IMG/VR virus record: IMGVR_UViG_3300030399_000018
Length of the DNA stretch: 52,734 bases
Source: a virus
Reading direction: 5' to 3' (one strand)
The first letter of the stretch is position 1. Every line of letters starts with the position of its first letter. Below, piece by piece: positions 1 to 10,075 of the stretch. The notes beneath the pieces are model-generated. The model had not been told where the DNA came from. It did not search any database and worked only from the letters and a program-made list of their open reading frames with translations. Position numbers and translations under genes: made by a program.

Positions 1-127
1 TGATTTTATTTCGAGAGGAATCTTTTACAGAAGCATTGCTAGAAGAGGTTGCATCTTTGACTGAAGATCATTGGGATGAGGTGGCTAACTTTAAAGACAC
101 GATTAAGCTGGCAGTAGACAATGAGAA
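1..127. repeat. Left copy of the 127-bp terminal direct repeat (identical to 52608-52734); circular-closure overlap
   Basis: The string tgattttatttcgagagg...gcagtagacaatgagaa at 1-127 recurs exactly at 52608-52734. The window ends exactly at the repeat end. Confidence 0.95.
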
Positions 128-458
128 ATATATCTCCCTTGGTTTGAAGAAATCCTGTCGGTTATATACCATGAGGGATGACGACAGATTAGTTGGATAT
201 ATGTCTGTATTAGTAGACACCCATCTCCACTATAAGAATGATCTATTTGCATTTGTTGATACAATCTTTATAGATATCGATTATCGTAAAGGTGCTAGTG
301 CGCTCTACTTTATGAAATTGGTAGAAAATCAAATGAAGTTGTTGGATGTAAAAGTAATGTCATACCACATTAAAGTAAAAGCAGATTATCCTGCTATTTT
401 CAAACGGCTCAAATTCGAAAAGGTTGAGCATATTTATTCTAAACTGTTAGGGGAATAA
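1..458 (+). CDS. GNAT-like acetyltransferase, paralog 2. The 5' end is cut by the window edge; the true ATG is at 52607 and the gene wraps the junction.
   Basis: The frame is open from base 1. In the duplicate copy, an ATG at 52607 (ATGA overlap with the upstream stop) gives MILFREESFTEALLEEVASL. The ORF track start at 36 is an internal TTG. FIDIDYRKGASALYFMKLVE resembles the GNAT acetyl-CoA motif A. Confidence 0.6.
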   Translation, partial: ILFREESFTEALLEEVASLTEDHWDEVANFKDTIKLAVDNEKYISLGLKKSCRLYTMRDDDRLVGYMSVLVDTHLHYKNDLFAFVDTIFIDIDYRKGASALYFMKLVENQMKLLDVKVMSYHIKVKADYPAIFKRLKFEKVEHIYSKLLGE

Positions 459-459
459 C

Positions 460-1737
460 ATGGGATTTTCTGGAGCCGCTGCGGCGGGAGAGGGTGCAAA
501 AGCTGCTGGTGAAGCCGGTGCAGGGGCCGTCACTGCGGGTGGCCTGGGAGCTGCTGGTGCGACCGCTGGTGGTTTAAGTACCGGCGCACTGGCGGGCATT
601 ACCTCAGGGGTACTTGCAGATGGTGGTGCCACTCTGGGTGGCCTTAGCGGTATTGCTGGTCTTGGTGCCGGAGGAGCCGTTGGTGCTGGTGCACTAGGAG
701 CATCATCTCTTGCCTCTATTGGAGCAGGGCTCGGCGCTGGTATCGCAGGTGGTGACGCCTTGGGGGACTTTGCTGGAGGGAGTTTGTTGTCCTCGGGGGG
801 TGGTCTACCTTCAGCGGGTGGGGATGTATTCTTGAATGCTGACGGCTCTCTGTCGGCGGCCCCGGGTTCTCCGACTGCTGCGGCGTCAGGGACTTCCCCA
901 ACGAGTGCCCTCGCCAACACCAGTGCAAATGGTCTAGGCACCACAGGCACTCCCACGGGCAGTATTGGTGGGGCTGCTCCCAGCTCGGTGACCGGCCCTA
1001 CAGGCGGCGCTCAATTTACTGATGCTACCCAGGGCGCGGCCCAGTTCTCTGACGCCCCACAGGCTGCCCCACTGGGAGCTAATCCAGGGGCTGCCGGCGC
1101 GGCGGGGGATCAGGGATCATTGTCAAGTCTATATGGTCCAAACTCTACGGCGATCCAAAGTCCTATGGGACAGGCTATCTCAGGCTCCACTGGTGGGGAT
1201 GTTGGCGGGGCTACTATGGGCCAGGTCATTCCGAATATGGGCACTCTGGGGCAAGGCTCTCCTAGCTTTCTTAGCTCTATGTTTGGTGATGCTAGTGGGA
1301 ACATTACCCCAGGTAGTGTGGCCCAGAAAGAGGCACCTAATCTTATTAGCTCTTTGGCAAATGAAGGTCTGGGAGCGTATCAGCAATATGCTAAAAACCA
1401 GGCAGCAAAGAACTACGCAAATCAAATTAGCCAACTATATAGTCCCACGGGGGCCTATGCTCAACAGATGCAGCAGACCTTGGCTAGGCAAGATGCCGCC
1501 GCTGGGCGTAACAGTCAATCTGGCACTCGTGCTGTGCAGCTTGCCGCCGCTCTGACCCAAGGACAGGCACAGGCACTTGGTGGTAATAACTACTCACAGG
1601 CATCTCAGAATGTGGCCAGGACTGACGCCTTGAATGGTCTGTTCACACCCACCATTATGAATGCTGCCGGTACTGCGGGAACATCCGCCTACACCGGACT
1701 GGCTGGTCTTTTTAGCTCGCCGTCTTACTCATATTAA
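460..1737 (+). CDS. Gly/Ala/Ser/Thr-rich low-complexity virion protein (putative ejection/internal protein)
   Basis: The ATG lies 1 nt after the upstream stop. The N-terminal ~230 aa are almost only G/A/S/T and the C-terminus is Q/A/N-rich. It sits in the block preceding the SLT-domain giant protein. Confidence 0.6.
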   Translation: MGFSGAAAAGEGAKAAGEAGAGAVTAGGLGAAGATAGGLSTGALAGITSGVLADGGATLGGLSGIAGLGAGGAVGAGALGASSLASIGAGLGAGIAGGDALGDFAGGSLLSSGGGLPSAGGDVFLNADGSLSAAPGSPTAAASGTSPTSALANTSANGLGTTGTPTGSIGGAAPSSVTGPTGGAQFTDATQGAAQFSDAPQAAPLGANPGAAGAAGDQGSLSSLYGPNSTAIQSPMGQAISGSTGGDVGGATMGQVIPNMGTLGQGSPSFLSSMFGDASGNITPGSVAQKEAPNLISSLANEGLGAYQQYAKNQAAKNYANQISQLYSPTGAYAQQMQQTLARQDAAAGRNSQSGTRAVQLAAALTQGQAQALGGNNYSQASQNVARTDALNGLFTPTIMNAAGTAGTSAYTGLAGLFSSPSYSY

Positions 1738-1755
1738 TGATAGGGACTATCAAAA

Positions 1756-2766
1756 ATGCCATATACAAATGACGCCCAAACGCTTGCGGATATTGTGAGT
1801 CCTGCCGCTGCGGCTATGCAAATGCAGACCCAGAACGAGCAGGCTAATCAAGAACAAGCTATCAAGAATCAAGTGCTCCAACAACAAGCTCCAGCTATGG
1901 GACAGCAAATTGCTGCTCAGAATGCTGAGGCTCAAGCACGAGCAGCCAATCTCACGGCAAACACCCAAGGTCAGCAACTTACCAATCAAGGAACTGCTGC
2001 TACCCAACCAGGGGCAATTGCTGCTGCCAACGCTGGTAACTCAGCTAAGATGACTGCTGACCAAGCACAGAAACTTAGTACCTATGGTCAGATTGCGGGA
2101 CAGGTAGCTGGCATGATGGACAACGTTCCTCCTGCTGCTCGACCCGCAGCTATGAATCAGATGCTCCAGCAATACGGTGTAGATCCTAAGATGCTTGGTC
2201 CTTTAGCCAACGGTGATCCAGACATGCTCCGGAACTTCTCTCAGAAGGCTATTCAACAAAGTGCCAACTTTCAAACTGAGATGGCTAAGACGACCCTCCA
2301 AGGTCAGAACCAACAAGCTAATACTGGCCTGGAGAATCAAGGTCGTGTGGCATCTTCGCAGATCCTTGCTGGGGGTAGGGCCGATGTTGCTAACATCAAC
2401 GCCAATGCTAAGATGAGCGCAACTCCTGCGGCTGTACAAGCCCAGTTGGAAAAGAAGGTGGCAGACGGCACTGCAAATCCTCAAGAGATTTCCTCGGTAA
2501 ACCAACTACGTCAGTTGAATCAGATGGCCAAGGTCAATCCTATGATTGCTGCTATGCTGAACCAAGCCAATGCACAGTCAACAATGCCCCAGGTGCCTCA
2601 GGCAGGCCCAGCGCCCTCGGCGGCACCTACGCCCATCCCATCTAACGATGCTGGGCAGAAGGCAGTGTCGAGTAAGTTTGGTTCGTATGATCCTGATAAG
2701 TTCACTTACGTGCAGGCGATTAATCCGAAAACCGGCCAGATGGACGTGGGCCGTATTCCTAAATAA
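1756..2766 (+). CDS. Gln/Ala/Asn-rich virion protein (putative ejection/internal protein)
   Basis: 336-aa ORF with Q/A/N-rich helical-looking sequence. It is tightly packed between the Gly-rich protein and the 1586-aa protein. Confidence 0.6.
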   Translation: MPYTNDAQTLADIVSPAAAAMQMQTQNEQANQEQAIKNQVLQQQAPAMGQQIAAQNAEAQARAANLTANTQGQQLTNQGTAATQPGAIAAANAGNSAKMTADQAQKLSTYGQIAGQVAGMMDNVPPAARPAAMNQMLQQYGVDPKMLGPLANGDPDMLRNFSQKAIQQSANFQTEMAKTTLQGQNQQANTGLENQGRVASSQILAGGRADVANINANAKMSATPAAVQAQLEKKVADGTANPQEISSVNQLRQLNQMAKVNPMIAAMLNQANAQSTMPQVPQAGPAPSAAPTPIPSNDAGQKAVSSKFGSYDPDKFTYVQAINPKTGQMDVGRIPK

Positions 2767-2768
2767 CT

Positions 2769-5700
2769 ATGGCCAATATCGACTTCGGTAACACTCCCTC
2801 TAATGCCCCCGCCCCGAGCGGGGGTGTTTCTTCATCAGCTCTGTACGCACAGGATGCTCTTATCCAGGCCAATCATGCAGCATGGCCCACCGGGGGTAGT
2901 GCTGCCCAACTGAGTCAAGAAACAAACAACTACAACAGTAATGCCGTATCCCCTAAAGGGGCTATGGGCATTGCTCAGGTAGAGCCAGACACCCTCAAAG
3001 CTGTAGAACAACAAGTGGGACGCAAGCTTGACCCTAAGAATGTCAATGATGCCTTGACCATCCATGCTTATGTGATGAACCAGAATCTCGATAAGTTTGG
3101 TGGAGATCCCTCTAAAGCTGTGGCTGCCTACAACAGTGGATGGGATCCTAGCAAGTGGAATAATCCCGAGACCTCAAACTATGTCAACAAGTTTAATGGA
3201 GCTACGCAAGGGGCTACCAATGCTATCGACTTCGGGGATGGTACTAAGGTTAGTACCCCTGGTAGTATAGATTTTGGCGACACACCCGGCGCTGACAAAG
3301 GATCCTCCACCTGGGATAATATCAAAGGTCTTGGAATGCAGGCCGCCAATATCGGAGTGGGTGCCCTTGAAGCACTACCTATTGGTGTGAGCACGGCACT
3401 CCATGTGGGGGAGAATCTCTACCAAGGACAAGGCGTTGGGCAAGCAGTTCAAACGGCTGCTCAACAGGGCATGGGAGAGTTTCAAGCAGCTTCCCCAGAG
3501 ACACTACTGAATAAGGCTGGTGTCAATACTGATTCCCTCCATGGAACGCAAGGTTACGATCTGCCTGCTAAAGCTCTGGATTTTATCTCGAACACGCTTC
3601 CCGAGAAGGCAGCCCCGTACTTTGCGCAGGGTATTGCAAATGCTACTGGTTATGATAAGCCCATTACAGACCAGGATCTTGCTGATATCAAGGGGGGAAT
3701 CCAGACAGGAATGTTGGTTACTCCTGCGGCAGAAATCCTTCATCGTATGGGTGGCCCCAAAGCGGGCACTCCTGAAGCCACGGCTGAGTTGGACAAACTC
3801 AATCAAACAGACATGGAGGCTCCTAAAGGTCCGACTACGGGCGTACAACAAGGCATTGATTTTGGGGACGTTGACAGGGCTAACAATGCTTATCAAGCCG
3901 CCACCATTGATGCTCAAGAGAATGCTCTAGCTGATGTGCCAGGACAGACTCTTGATGCTATGCGGGAGCAAGCACAGAATGAAGCCGCTGGCATTAACAG
4001 TGATGCAGATGTAGCAGAAGCTAAAGCCGCAGGACAGGGAGATCTCTTCTCTGAACCCAGCTCGGTAGATCTGGAAATGCAGCGTCGTATTGATGCTATG
4101 AAGTCGGCAGATCCTCAACAGTTGGATATGTTTAGTGATCCAGCACAACATCCTTTTGATCAGTTCATGACTCGTGGAGCTACTGATGAGGAGATGAAAT
4201 CGGGTTCTCCCGCCGATGCACCAAGAACGCTGTCCCAAGATGAGTTTGAACAGACCATGCAAAATCTAGCTAGTACAGTAGATGATCAAGGTCGTCCTAA
4301 AACTGGCGTCACCATGCCAGACGATATGGAAGATGCCTATAACAAGTATCTAGATACTGTCCGTGATGACCAAGGTGGTCTCTTTGATCGTGCCACTATG
4401 GCCAAGAACTTCGCTGAAAGCGCAGCGGCAGATGCTATGGACAGGCGTGTGGCAGAGCATCCCATTGTGGCTGCTGCACAGGCTCGCGTTGATTCTTTCA
4501 ATGCACAGATAGCGGCCTCGCAAGAAGCGGGGCATGGGGTGACTAACCTCACTCAACAGCGCGATCTAGCGCAGGCCACTCTTGAAAAGGCCAAGACCAA
4601 TATTGGCAAAGCACTAGGCCGTGATCCTACCCTTCCCTGGGAAAAAGATGGTGTAGTGAATATGTTCACCTTCGGTAACTTGCCAGAGATGTGGCGTTCC
4701 ATGAAAGCGGTGCTTCAGGGTATCCACGGCGTTGCTTTCAAGATGCTGGATAAGATGATCAATCGTCCTGGCAATCTTGATTCAACAGGTAAGATTGTTA
4801 CTGCTGGTATGAAGCAGTTTGCCTCTCGTGAAGCTAATCGGGATTGGGCTCAGACTGTTAATGAGCAGCCTAAGGCTGTGTTGAAGGGCGTAGCGGGACT
4901 CCGCTCGGGTATTGACTCATTCAATCCCTACGAAGCCCAAGAAATCAGCCCTGCTGAGATCAAGCAACAGATGATTCAAGCTCCTGACTTGGCTCCTGGG
5001 ACTGTTAAATCGGCTCTACGGAATAACATCCTACAAGGTGGGCAACAAATGTCTATCTTCAGCCGCAATCCTATTGTCAAGTATGTTACTGAATCAATGG
5101 ATCGAGCACTACGAGATGCTCAGCACTTTACCCGCACTGCCTTGATGGGTAAGGATGGACTGCGTGAAAAGATCCGTGGTATGTCAGAAGACGAACTTAC
5201 GGGTATCCGATCCCTCATGGAACTCAATGAAGGTGTGAAGGAATTTACTCCCAACGAACTGAAAGGACGTGGGTTCAGTGACAAGCAGGTTGATTACTAC
5301 AACAAGTCTCGTGAGCTTAGCAAAGGTGCTTATGACGCACTCAACCGGGGTCGTGCCCTTGCCGGGCTTCCCGCTGTGGACCAACGTATTGGTCACATTG
5401 CTGGATACTTCATGGGAGATTTTAAACGTCTGGTAACGGACGGAGAGGGTAGTGTACGTGCAGTCCTGGCCCACAACAATCGCTTTGCGTTGAATACTAT
5501 CTCTCAGCATTTCATGGAAAATCACCCTGATGCAGCCAACCTCAAGTTGGGTGAGATCAAGATGAACAAACTCAATGATGCTGGTAATGGTATGGACCAT
5601 CGGTTCGAAGGTTACATGAATACCATCAACATGCTCAAAGAGACCAACGCTGATGTGGCACAGGTGGTAGATGCATACAAGACGTATATGTCTCGTGATG

Positions 5701-7529
5701 CTGCTAACGCCATGAAATACCGTGCTGCATATAAATCTAAGGAGGGGGTGATTGGCGCAGAAGGGCGCAAGATGTGGCAGTCAGCACAGAAGAATGCTGT
5801 GGATGGAGCGAAGCAAGAACTTCACTCGCTGGAGGCTATTAACAAATGGGCTGAGGTACAGAAGTCGATCCACGACTCCAAGCAGTTCCTAGCGGACCCG
5901 GAGATTGATAAGCCCAACGCCAAGGGAATGGCTCAAGCTTATCTCGATAACGTCCAACACAGGAACCAAGGTCTAGGTCAACAGTTTGTTAACAGTCTTG
6001 TTAATGGTGTATCAGAGGTTACCGGGGTAGGTCCGAGTCAACTACGTAACTTTAGTGCTGGCACCAAGACTGGGCTGCTTACAATGTTTATCGGTCTTGG
6101 GAAATTAAGCCACTCTTTCGTAACACTGATTCAACCTTTGCAAGGTATTCCAGTAGTAAATTCTCTGATGAAAGCCCGGGGAGCGGATCTGGGTCTAGCT
6201 CAAGTTTCAGCAGTTGTGAAGTCAATGATGAGTCAGAAGGATATGTTGCAAGCACTGACGACAAAAGGAACTGTAAGCGATCCATTTGTTCGTAAAGCGT
6301 TAGATTACGCATCGAAGAATGATACCTTTAATAGTTCGCAGTTTCAGTTTGGACACTTGACAGACGTTAACCGAAGTCGGCTAGGTTCCAATCTGCGGAC
6401 GGCCTTTGAGTTTAACGTCACTGGTATGGAAGCAGGTACTCGTAGCTTTACCTACATGTACTACGCCCACATGCTCCGTGACCTGGGGCTTCCTGACAAT
6501 GAGGCATTAGCAACTGCTCATAATGCAATGCGCAGTGTGATGGTGGATTATAGTGCGTGGGAACGTCCTGGTGTGTTTGGTAAGTTGGGCTTCCTTGGTG
6601 ACTTGACGGCCATGTTGACGCGGTACAAGTTTAACCAATTGAGCCAGTATGCTACCGCAGGTAAGGAGATGGGCAATGGTAAATTTATGCCTATGGTTTC
6701 TTTACTCACGACTAGCCTTGCTGCTGCTGGGGCTCGTGGGTTCATTGGTTATAGTGTTGCTAATGAGTTGGTGAAGTTCCTTTCTACCTGGGCAGCTAAG
6801 AACAGTAGCACCATTCAACCTACCAGTCTGGATCAAATCTTCTTGCATGCTATTCATGGATTAAACCCACACCTCAGGGACGCTTTGAATTTTGGACTGC
6901 CCTCTGGACTGGGATTAAATCTTACCGGCTCGTTGAGCCACGCAGATGATATTCCAAATGATCCGTTGGGTACGTTGTTACCCCAGGCACAGCCACTTGG
7001 TAACATTGCTAAGTCGGCCTATGAGTTTGCTCACAATCCGAACAAGCAAACAGCCAAGACTGCTGTGTATGATGCCTCTCCTAACTCGGTTAAGGGTATC
7101 GAAGAGAACCATATGTTCACTGATGCTAATGGGAATTACTACAATCCACACACTCAGTTGCTGGAAACCAACCGGTCTCCTGCTGACCAGACTAAACGAA
7201 CCTTTGGGTTCCGTCCGGTCAAAGAAGCTAACGATGACTTCACAGCGAACATAGCTAAGGAACAAGGGAATCAATTAGCTGAGGTTCGTCAAGACGTCAT
7301 CAAGAAGATGTTGTCAGATCGAGATGCTGGTAGTTTGACGCAACAAGGGATGCAGCAATACGCACAGCGGTATGTCCAACTACAAGGAGATCCGTCTGAT
7401 CTGACCTCGGCTATTGTTGAGCACGCAGGTATTGGACAGCACTTGGATCGGCTACAGCGTGAGCAAGGCATTCCTAACAGTGGCCTCAGCTCTATCTATA
7501 AATATGAAAGAGGAGATACACTCAAATGA
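2769..7529 (+). CDS. Giant internal virion / DNA-ejection protein with an N-terminal lytic transglycosylase (SLT, GH23) domain
   Basis: 1586 aa. SLT motifs are present near the N-terminus: QET(NNYN), GAMGIAQV and AAYNSGW. The size and position match podovirus internal core proteins with a murein-hydrolase domain. Confidence 0.9.
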   Translation: MANIDFGNTPSNAPAPSGGVSSSALYAQDALIQANHAAWPTGGSAAQLSQETNNYNSNAVSPKGAMGIAQVEPDTLKAVEQQVGRKLDPKNVNDALTIHAYVMNQNLDKFGGDPSKAVAAYNSGWDPSKWNNPETSNYVNKFNGATQGATNAIDFGDGTKVSTPGSIDFGDTPGADKGSSTWDNIKGLGMQAANIGVGALEALPIGVSTALHVGENLYQGQGVGQAVQTAAQQGMGEFQAASPETLLNKAGVNTDSLHGTQGYDLPAKALDFISNTLPEKAAPYFAQGIANATGYDKPITDQDLADIKGGIQTGMLVTPAAEILHRMGGPKAGTPEATAELDKLNQTDMEAPKGPTTGVQQGIDFGDVDRANNAYQAATIDAQENALADVPGQTLDAMREQAQNEAAGINSDADVAEAKAAGQGDLFSEPSSVDLEMQRRIDAMKSADPQQLDMFSDPAQHPFDQFMTRGATDEEMKSGSPADAPRTLSQDEFEQTMQNLASTVDDQGRPKTGVTMPDDMEDAYNKYLDTVRDDQGGLFDRATMAKNFAESAAADAMDRRVAEHPIVAAAQARVDSFNAQIAASQEAGHGVTNLTQQRDLAQATLEKAKTNIGKALGRDPTLPWEKDGVVNMFTFGNLPEMWRSMKAVLQGIHGVAFKMLDKMINRPGNLDSTGKIVTAGMKQFASREANRDWAQTVNEQPKAVLKGVAGLRSGIDSFNPYEAQEISPAEIKQQMIQAPDLAPGTVKSALRNNILQGGQQMSIFSRNPIVKYVTESMDRALRDAQHFTRTALMGKDGLREKIRGMSEDELTGIRSLMELNEGVKEFTPNELKGRGFSDKQVDYYNKSRELSKGAYDALNRGRALAGLPAVDQRIGHIAGYFMGDFKRLVTDGEGSVRAVLAHNNRFALNTISQHFMENHPDAANLKLGEIKMNKLNDAGNGMDHRFEGYMNTINMLKETNADVAQVVDAYKTYMSRDAANAMKYRAAYKSKEGVIGAEGRKMWQSAQKNAVDGAKQELHSLEAINKWAEVQKSIHDSKQFLADPEIDKPNAKGMAQAYLDNVQHRNQGLGQQFVNSLVNGVSEVTGVGPSQLRNFSAGTKTGLLTMFIGLGKLSHSFVTLIQPLQGIPVVNSLMKARGADLGLAQVSAVVKSMMSQKDMLQALTTKGTVSDPFVRKALDYASKNDTFNSSQFQFGHLTDVNRSRLGSNLRTAFEFNVTGMEAGTRSFTYMYYAHMLRDLGLPDNEALATAHNAMRSVMVDYSAWERPGVFGKLGFLGDLTAMLTRYKFNQLSQYATAGKEMGNGKFMPMVSLLTTSLAAAGARGFIGYSVANELVKFLSTWAAKNSSTIQPTSLDQIFLHAIHGLNPHLRDALNFGLPSGLGLNLTGSLSHADDIPNDPLGTLLPQAQPLGNIAKSAYEFAHNPNKQTAKTAVYDASPNSVKGIEENHMFTDANGNYYNPHTQLLETNRSPADQTKRTFGFRPVKEANDDFTANIAKEQGNQLAEVRQDVIKKMLSDRDAGSLTQQGMQQYAQRYVQLQGDPSDLTSAIVEHAGIGQHLDRLQREQGIPNSGLSSIYKYERGDTLK

Positions 7530-8110
7530 CCAACGTAAACAATCTAACCTACTCCGCTAATGGGTTGAAGCTGACGGAAGAATTCGAAAGCCTCTCCCTT
7601 AATGCCTACCAAGATGGTACAGGGGTCTGGACGAACGGGGATGGAAATACTCATAATGTAACTCCAGGCTCTACAATTACGGCGGCTCAGGCTACTTCGG
7701 ATCTGGCGGCGAATGTTGAAGGTGCTGCATATGTGGTCAATACGGTCGTCACCACACCATTGAACCAAAACCAGTTTGATGCTCTCGTAGATTTTGTCTT
7801 CAATCTCGGCTCGGGTAACTTCCAAAGTTCCACGCTGCTTCGGAAGCTCAACAATAATGACTTTGTGGGAGCATCCCAGGAATTTCCTAAGTGGAATCAT
7901 GCTGGTGGTGTCGTGGTTGATGGTTTAACGAGGCGTAGGCTTGCGGAGCAAGTACTCTTCAATACTCCGACAGTCGTGAATCAACAACCAACGGCCCCTG
8001 TAGTATCTGCTGGGATACCACCCAACAGCGGTGATCCACAACCTTCGGTTACGGAAGTAATTTCTAATGCTGAGAATTGGTTGTCTAATCTTCAAGATAA
8101 GCTCCCATGA
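7526..8110 (+). CDS. GH24 phage lysozyme (P22 gp19 / T4 E-like), putative endolysin
   Basis: Its LTEEFES...AYQDGTGVWTNGDGNT and PLNQNQFDALVDFVFNLG and STLLRKLN motifs parallel P22 gp19 (E..AY.D..G..T.G.G, PLNQNQYDAL, STVLRQLN). The ATGA start overlaps the upstream stop. Confidence 0.9.
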   Translation: MTNVNNLTYSANGLKLTEEFESLSLNAYQDGTGVWTNGDGNTHNVTPGSTITAAQATSDLAANVEGAAYVVNTVVTTPLNQNQFDALVDFVFNLGSGNFQSSTLLRKLNNNDFVGASQEFPKWNHAGGVVVDGLTRRRLAEQVLFNTPTVVNQQPTAPVVSAGIPPNSGDPQPSVTEVISNAENWLSNLQDKLP

Positions 8111-8136
8111 GCGCTTTGCATCGCTTATAAAATAAA

Positions 8137-8167
8137 GCCGCCCATTAAACCGGGCGGCCTTTTTATT
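8137..8167. terminator. Bidirectional rho-independent terminator where the two gene arms converge
   Basis: GCCGCCC (8137-8143) pairs with GGGCGGC (8152-8158). It is followed by CTTTTTATT on the plus strand and by TTTATTTTAT on the minus strand. Confidence 0.8.
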
Positions 8168-8297
8168 CCTGCTCAAATGCTTTGGTGATCAAAAACGAAA
8201 TGATACCTAGATCAATAAGGATATAGAATGCTTCATCATCCTCTGCGTACTGAATACCAAACATCAAACCTTTAATCCAAGCCCCGGATATTGTCAT
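8163..8297 (-). CDS. Small hypothetical protein (44 aa), below the ORF-track cutoff
   Basis: Hand translation gives MTISGAWIKGLMFGIQYAEDDEAFYILIDLGIISFLITKAFEQE. The stop lies inside the terminator and the ORF overlaps the upstream small ORF. Confidence 0.3.
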   Translation of the reverse strand: MTISGAWIKGLMFGIQYAEDDEAFYILIDLGIISFLITKAFEQE

Positions 8298-8442
8298 ACA
8301 TCTCGATTATAAAGTGAATTACGTCCAGCACGAATCCCACTAACAAGATCCACCAACCCGTTGTCCAGGTTGGCAGACTTATCAACAGGGAAAGTAACAG
8401 ACTAAGAAGCGTTAGATTCTTTAAGAAGCTCCTTAGTCCCAT
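8272..8442 (-). CDS. Small putative 2-TM membrane protein (56 aa), below the ORF-track cutoff
   Basis: Hand translation gives MGLRSFLKNLTLLSLLLSLLISLPTWTTGWWILLVGFVLDVIHFIIEMYDNIRGLD, with two hydrophobic stretches. The start overlaps the end of the upstream ORF. Confidence 0.3.
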   Translation of the reverse strand: MGLRSFLKNLTLLSLLLSLLISLPTWTTGWWILLVGFVLDVIHFIIEMYDNIRGLD

Positions 8443-8870
8443 GCGATATGAAAGAGATTCTTAGTCCAACTGCGATATCTAAAATAGATGTGGAAATGGT
8501 ACATATCTAGGCGAATAGTCCACCAATTACCTAGTTCGATAATGCCGTTGTCCATATTAGTGTAGTATCGAATTGGCTGTCCTTCTGGCTTAACCATATA
8601 CTCGACAGCCCACCCATCATCTTCCCGGACTAGCTCCGGAATAGGCATTCGCATATTGGTGTAATCAAGCTGAATGCCTTTCGTGAACCGCACTACCTTA
8701 TTGGGCACACCATCCCAGTTATAACCATTCAATCGACCTTGCCACCAAGCTAAATTACTTGGCCGCCCCAGCTTTATCCGAGAGGAGTTGTTCAATTGCT
8801 TTTTGAGCCTCATATTTAGCCTCAGCATCTTGTTTAAGAAACTCCAGGATCTCCTCCTGGGCCTCAACAT
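8433..8870 (-). CDS. Hypothetical protein (start uncertain)
   Basis: 145-aa ORF. Its N-terminal ~35 codons overlap an alternative-frame 55-aa acidic ORF, so the true start may be the internal MRLKK. Confidence 0.5.
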   Translation of the reverse strand: MLRPRRRSWSFLNKMLRLNMRLKKQLNNSSRIKLGRPSNLAWWQGRLNGYNWDGVPNKVVRFTKGIQLDYTNMRMPIPELVREDDGWAVEYMVKPEGQPIRYYTNMDNGIIELGNWWTIRLDMYHFHIYFRYRSWTKNLFHIAWD

Positions 8871-8908
8871 TGTTAACTTCAGTCGTCACTTTCTTCTTGG
8901 TCCGCAGG

Positions 8909-9085
8909 TTACTCGTCTTCATAATTGTCGTTCAATGCTTCCAAGAGTTCATCATACTTCTCAATCACTTGGTCCGTCAAGAACTCAACAAGTTCAGTGG
9001 ACGTAATATCCAACAGTTCCAAAATCGTCAATTCATCAAGCTGACTTAGCTTTTCTTTGATCTCTTCAATCGTCAGTTCACTCAT
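8909..9085 (-). CDS. Small acidic hypothetical protein (58 aa)
   Basis: Hand translation gives MSELTIEEIKEKLSQLDELTILELLDITSTELVEFLTDQVIEKYDELLEALNDNYEDE. The ATG overlaps the stop of the HD gene (ATGAGTGA). Confidence 0.4.
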   Translation of the reverse strand: MSELTIEEIKEKLSQLDELTILELLDITSTELVEFLTDQVIEKYDELLEALNDNYEDE

Positions 9086-9626
9086 CCAATTCCTTAAACA
9101 TCTTCATAAAAGCAAAGGCTGCGGTCTTGGGCTCCATATTCAAAGGCATATATTCTGGATCAATCTCAGGGCGAATGCCCCTCCAAAGACTCCAATCATT
9201 ACCTTGTGATGGCAGTAAGTAATGTGCCTCATCACTTAACTGTTCCCAATCTGCTTGTTTTACTTCTTTATAGTTATCCCAATCCAGATTATACTTCTCA
9301 CCAATAACTTCCATAATCTTTTCTTCCATCTTATTGTAGTCGGGAAGAAATTGTTTGATCGGAGAGGGCATATCTGTAATATACGCTTCGGCAGCATCAT
9401 GCAGCAGTCCGGTACGACACAATCGAGTGTCGAATCCTTTGGATCGCAAACGGCGTGCCACGGCAATGCTGTGTTCTGCCACCGACATAAAATCTGAACA
9501 GTGGCCATTAAACCGACAGTTGTTAGATAAAGCGAACGCAATGTCGTTAATATCAATCTGCTCTGGCTTAGGATCCATGAAGTAAAAAGATTTACCGCTG
9601 GACGTCTCGATATATGGTTCGATCAT
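9078..9626 (-). CDS. HD-domain phosphohydrolase (YfbR-like 5'-deoxynucleotidase type)
   Basis: SVAEHSIAVARRL (His) and LLHDAAEAYITDMPSP (HD...E..D) match HD-superfamily metal-binding motifs. Confidence 0.85.
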   Translation of the reverse strand: MIEPYIETSSGKSFYFMDPKPEQIDINDIAFALSNNCRFNGHCSDFMSVAEHSIAVARRLRSKGFDTRLCRTGLLHDAAEAYITDMPSPIKQFLPDYNKMEEKIMEVIGEKYNLDWDNYKEVKQADWEQLSDEAHYLLPSQGNDWSLWRGIRPEIDPEYMPLNMEPKTAAFAFMKMFKELDE

Positions 9627-10075
9627 TTAATATATTCCTCGATCCTATTTAAAATCGTAGGATCTGCGTCTATGGTTCCAACATACCAATTACACTGGTG
9701 ACACAATAATCCTCTAACCCGTCCAGTAGTATGATTATGATCCACATGGAGTGGGATCTTACCTGGTTTGCGGTTACATAATTTACACCCACCGTTCTGA
9801 GTGTCTAGCATCCTGGCATAGTCTTCCAGGGTTAATCCGTAGTTCTTCAATAGCATTCTACTTCTACGAATTTCTGGATTGTCCTTCTCTTTTTGCTTTC
9901 TTCTATCTTGGATGACTTTGGCCCTGTCAGGATTAGCAAGAATCCACTTAGTAGTATTCGAACGCTGATCTGATTTATAGACTGGATTCGTTTCCTTTAG
10001 CCATTTATCATAACAGGGTTTGCACATACCTCGTGCTTGGTGTTTTCGTTGTGGATGACACTCAGCTAGTTTCAT
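9623..10075 (-). CDS. Recombination endonuclease VII family protein
   Basis: CKLCNRKPGKIPLHVDHNHTTGRVRGLLCHQCNWYVG is the typical Endonuclease_7 core. There is also an N-terminal CxxC-type cluster (GMCKPCYDKW). Confidence 0.85.
   Translation of the reverse strand: MKLAECHPQRKHQARGMCKPCYDKWLKETNPVYKSDQRSNTTKWILANPDRAKVIQDRRKQKEKDNPEIRRSRMLLKNYGLTLEDYARMLDTQNGGCKLCNRKPGKIPLHVDHNHTTGRVRGLLCHQCNWYVGTIDADPTILNRIEEYIK

Noticed and set aside
1-127. The 127-bp repeat as a biological direct terminal repeat
   Set aside because: Its length equals a standard assembler k-mer. The repeat boundary falls in the middle of a coding sequence with no terminus-like features. I cannot exclude a real DTR elsewhere without read data.
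447-956. 169-aa Pro/Ala-rich ORF (and 716-928) antisense to the Gly-rich protein gene
   Set aside because: It is a mirror-frame artefact of a GC-rich, low-complexity G/A-coding region. There is no SD, and it is entirely contained in the sense gene, which is in operon context.
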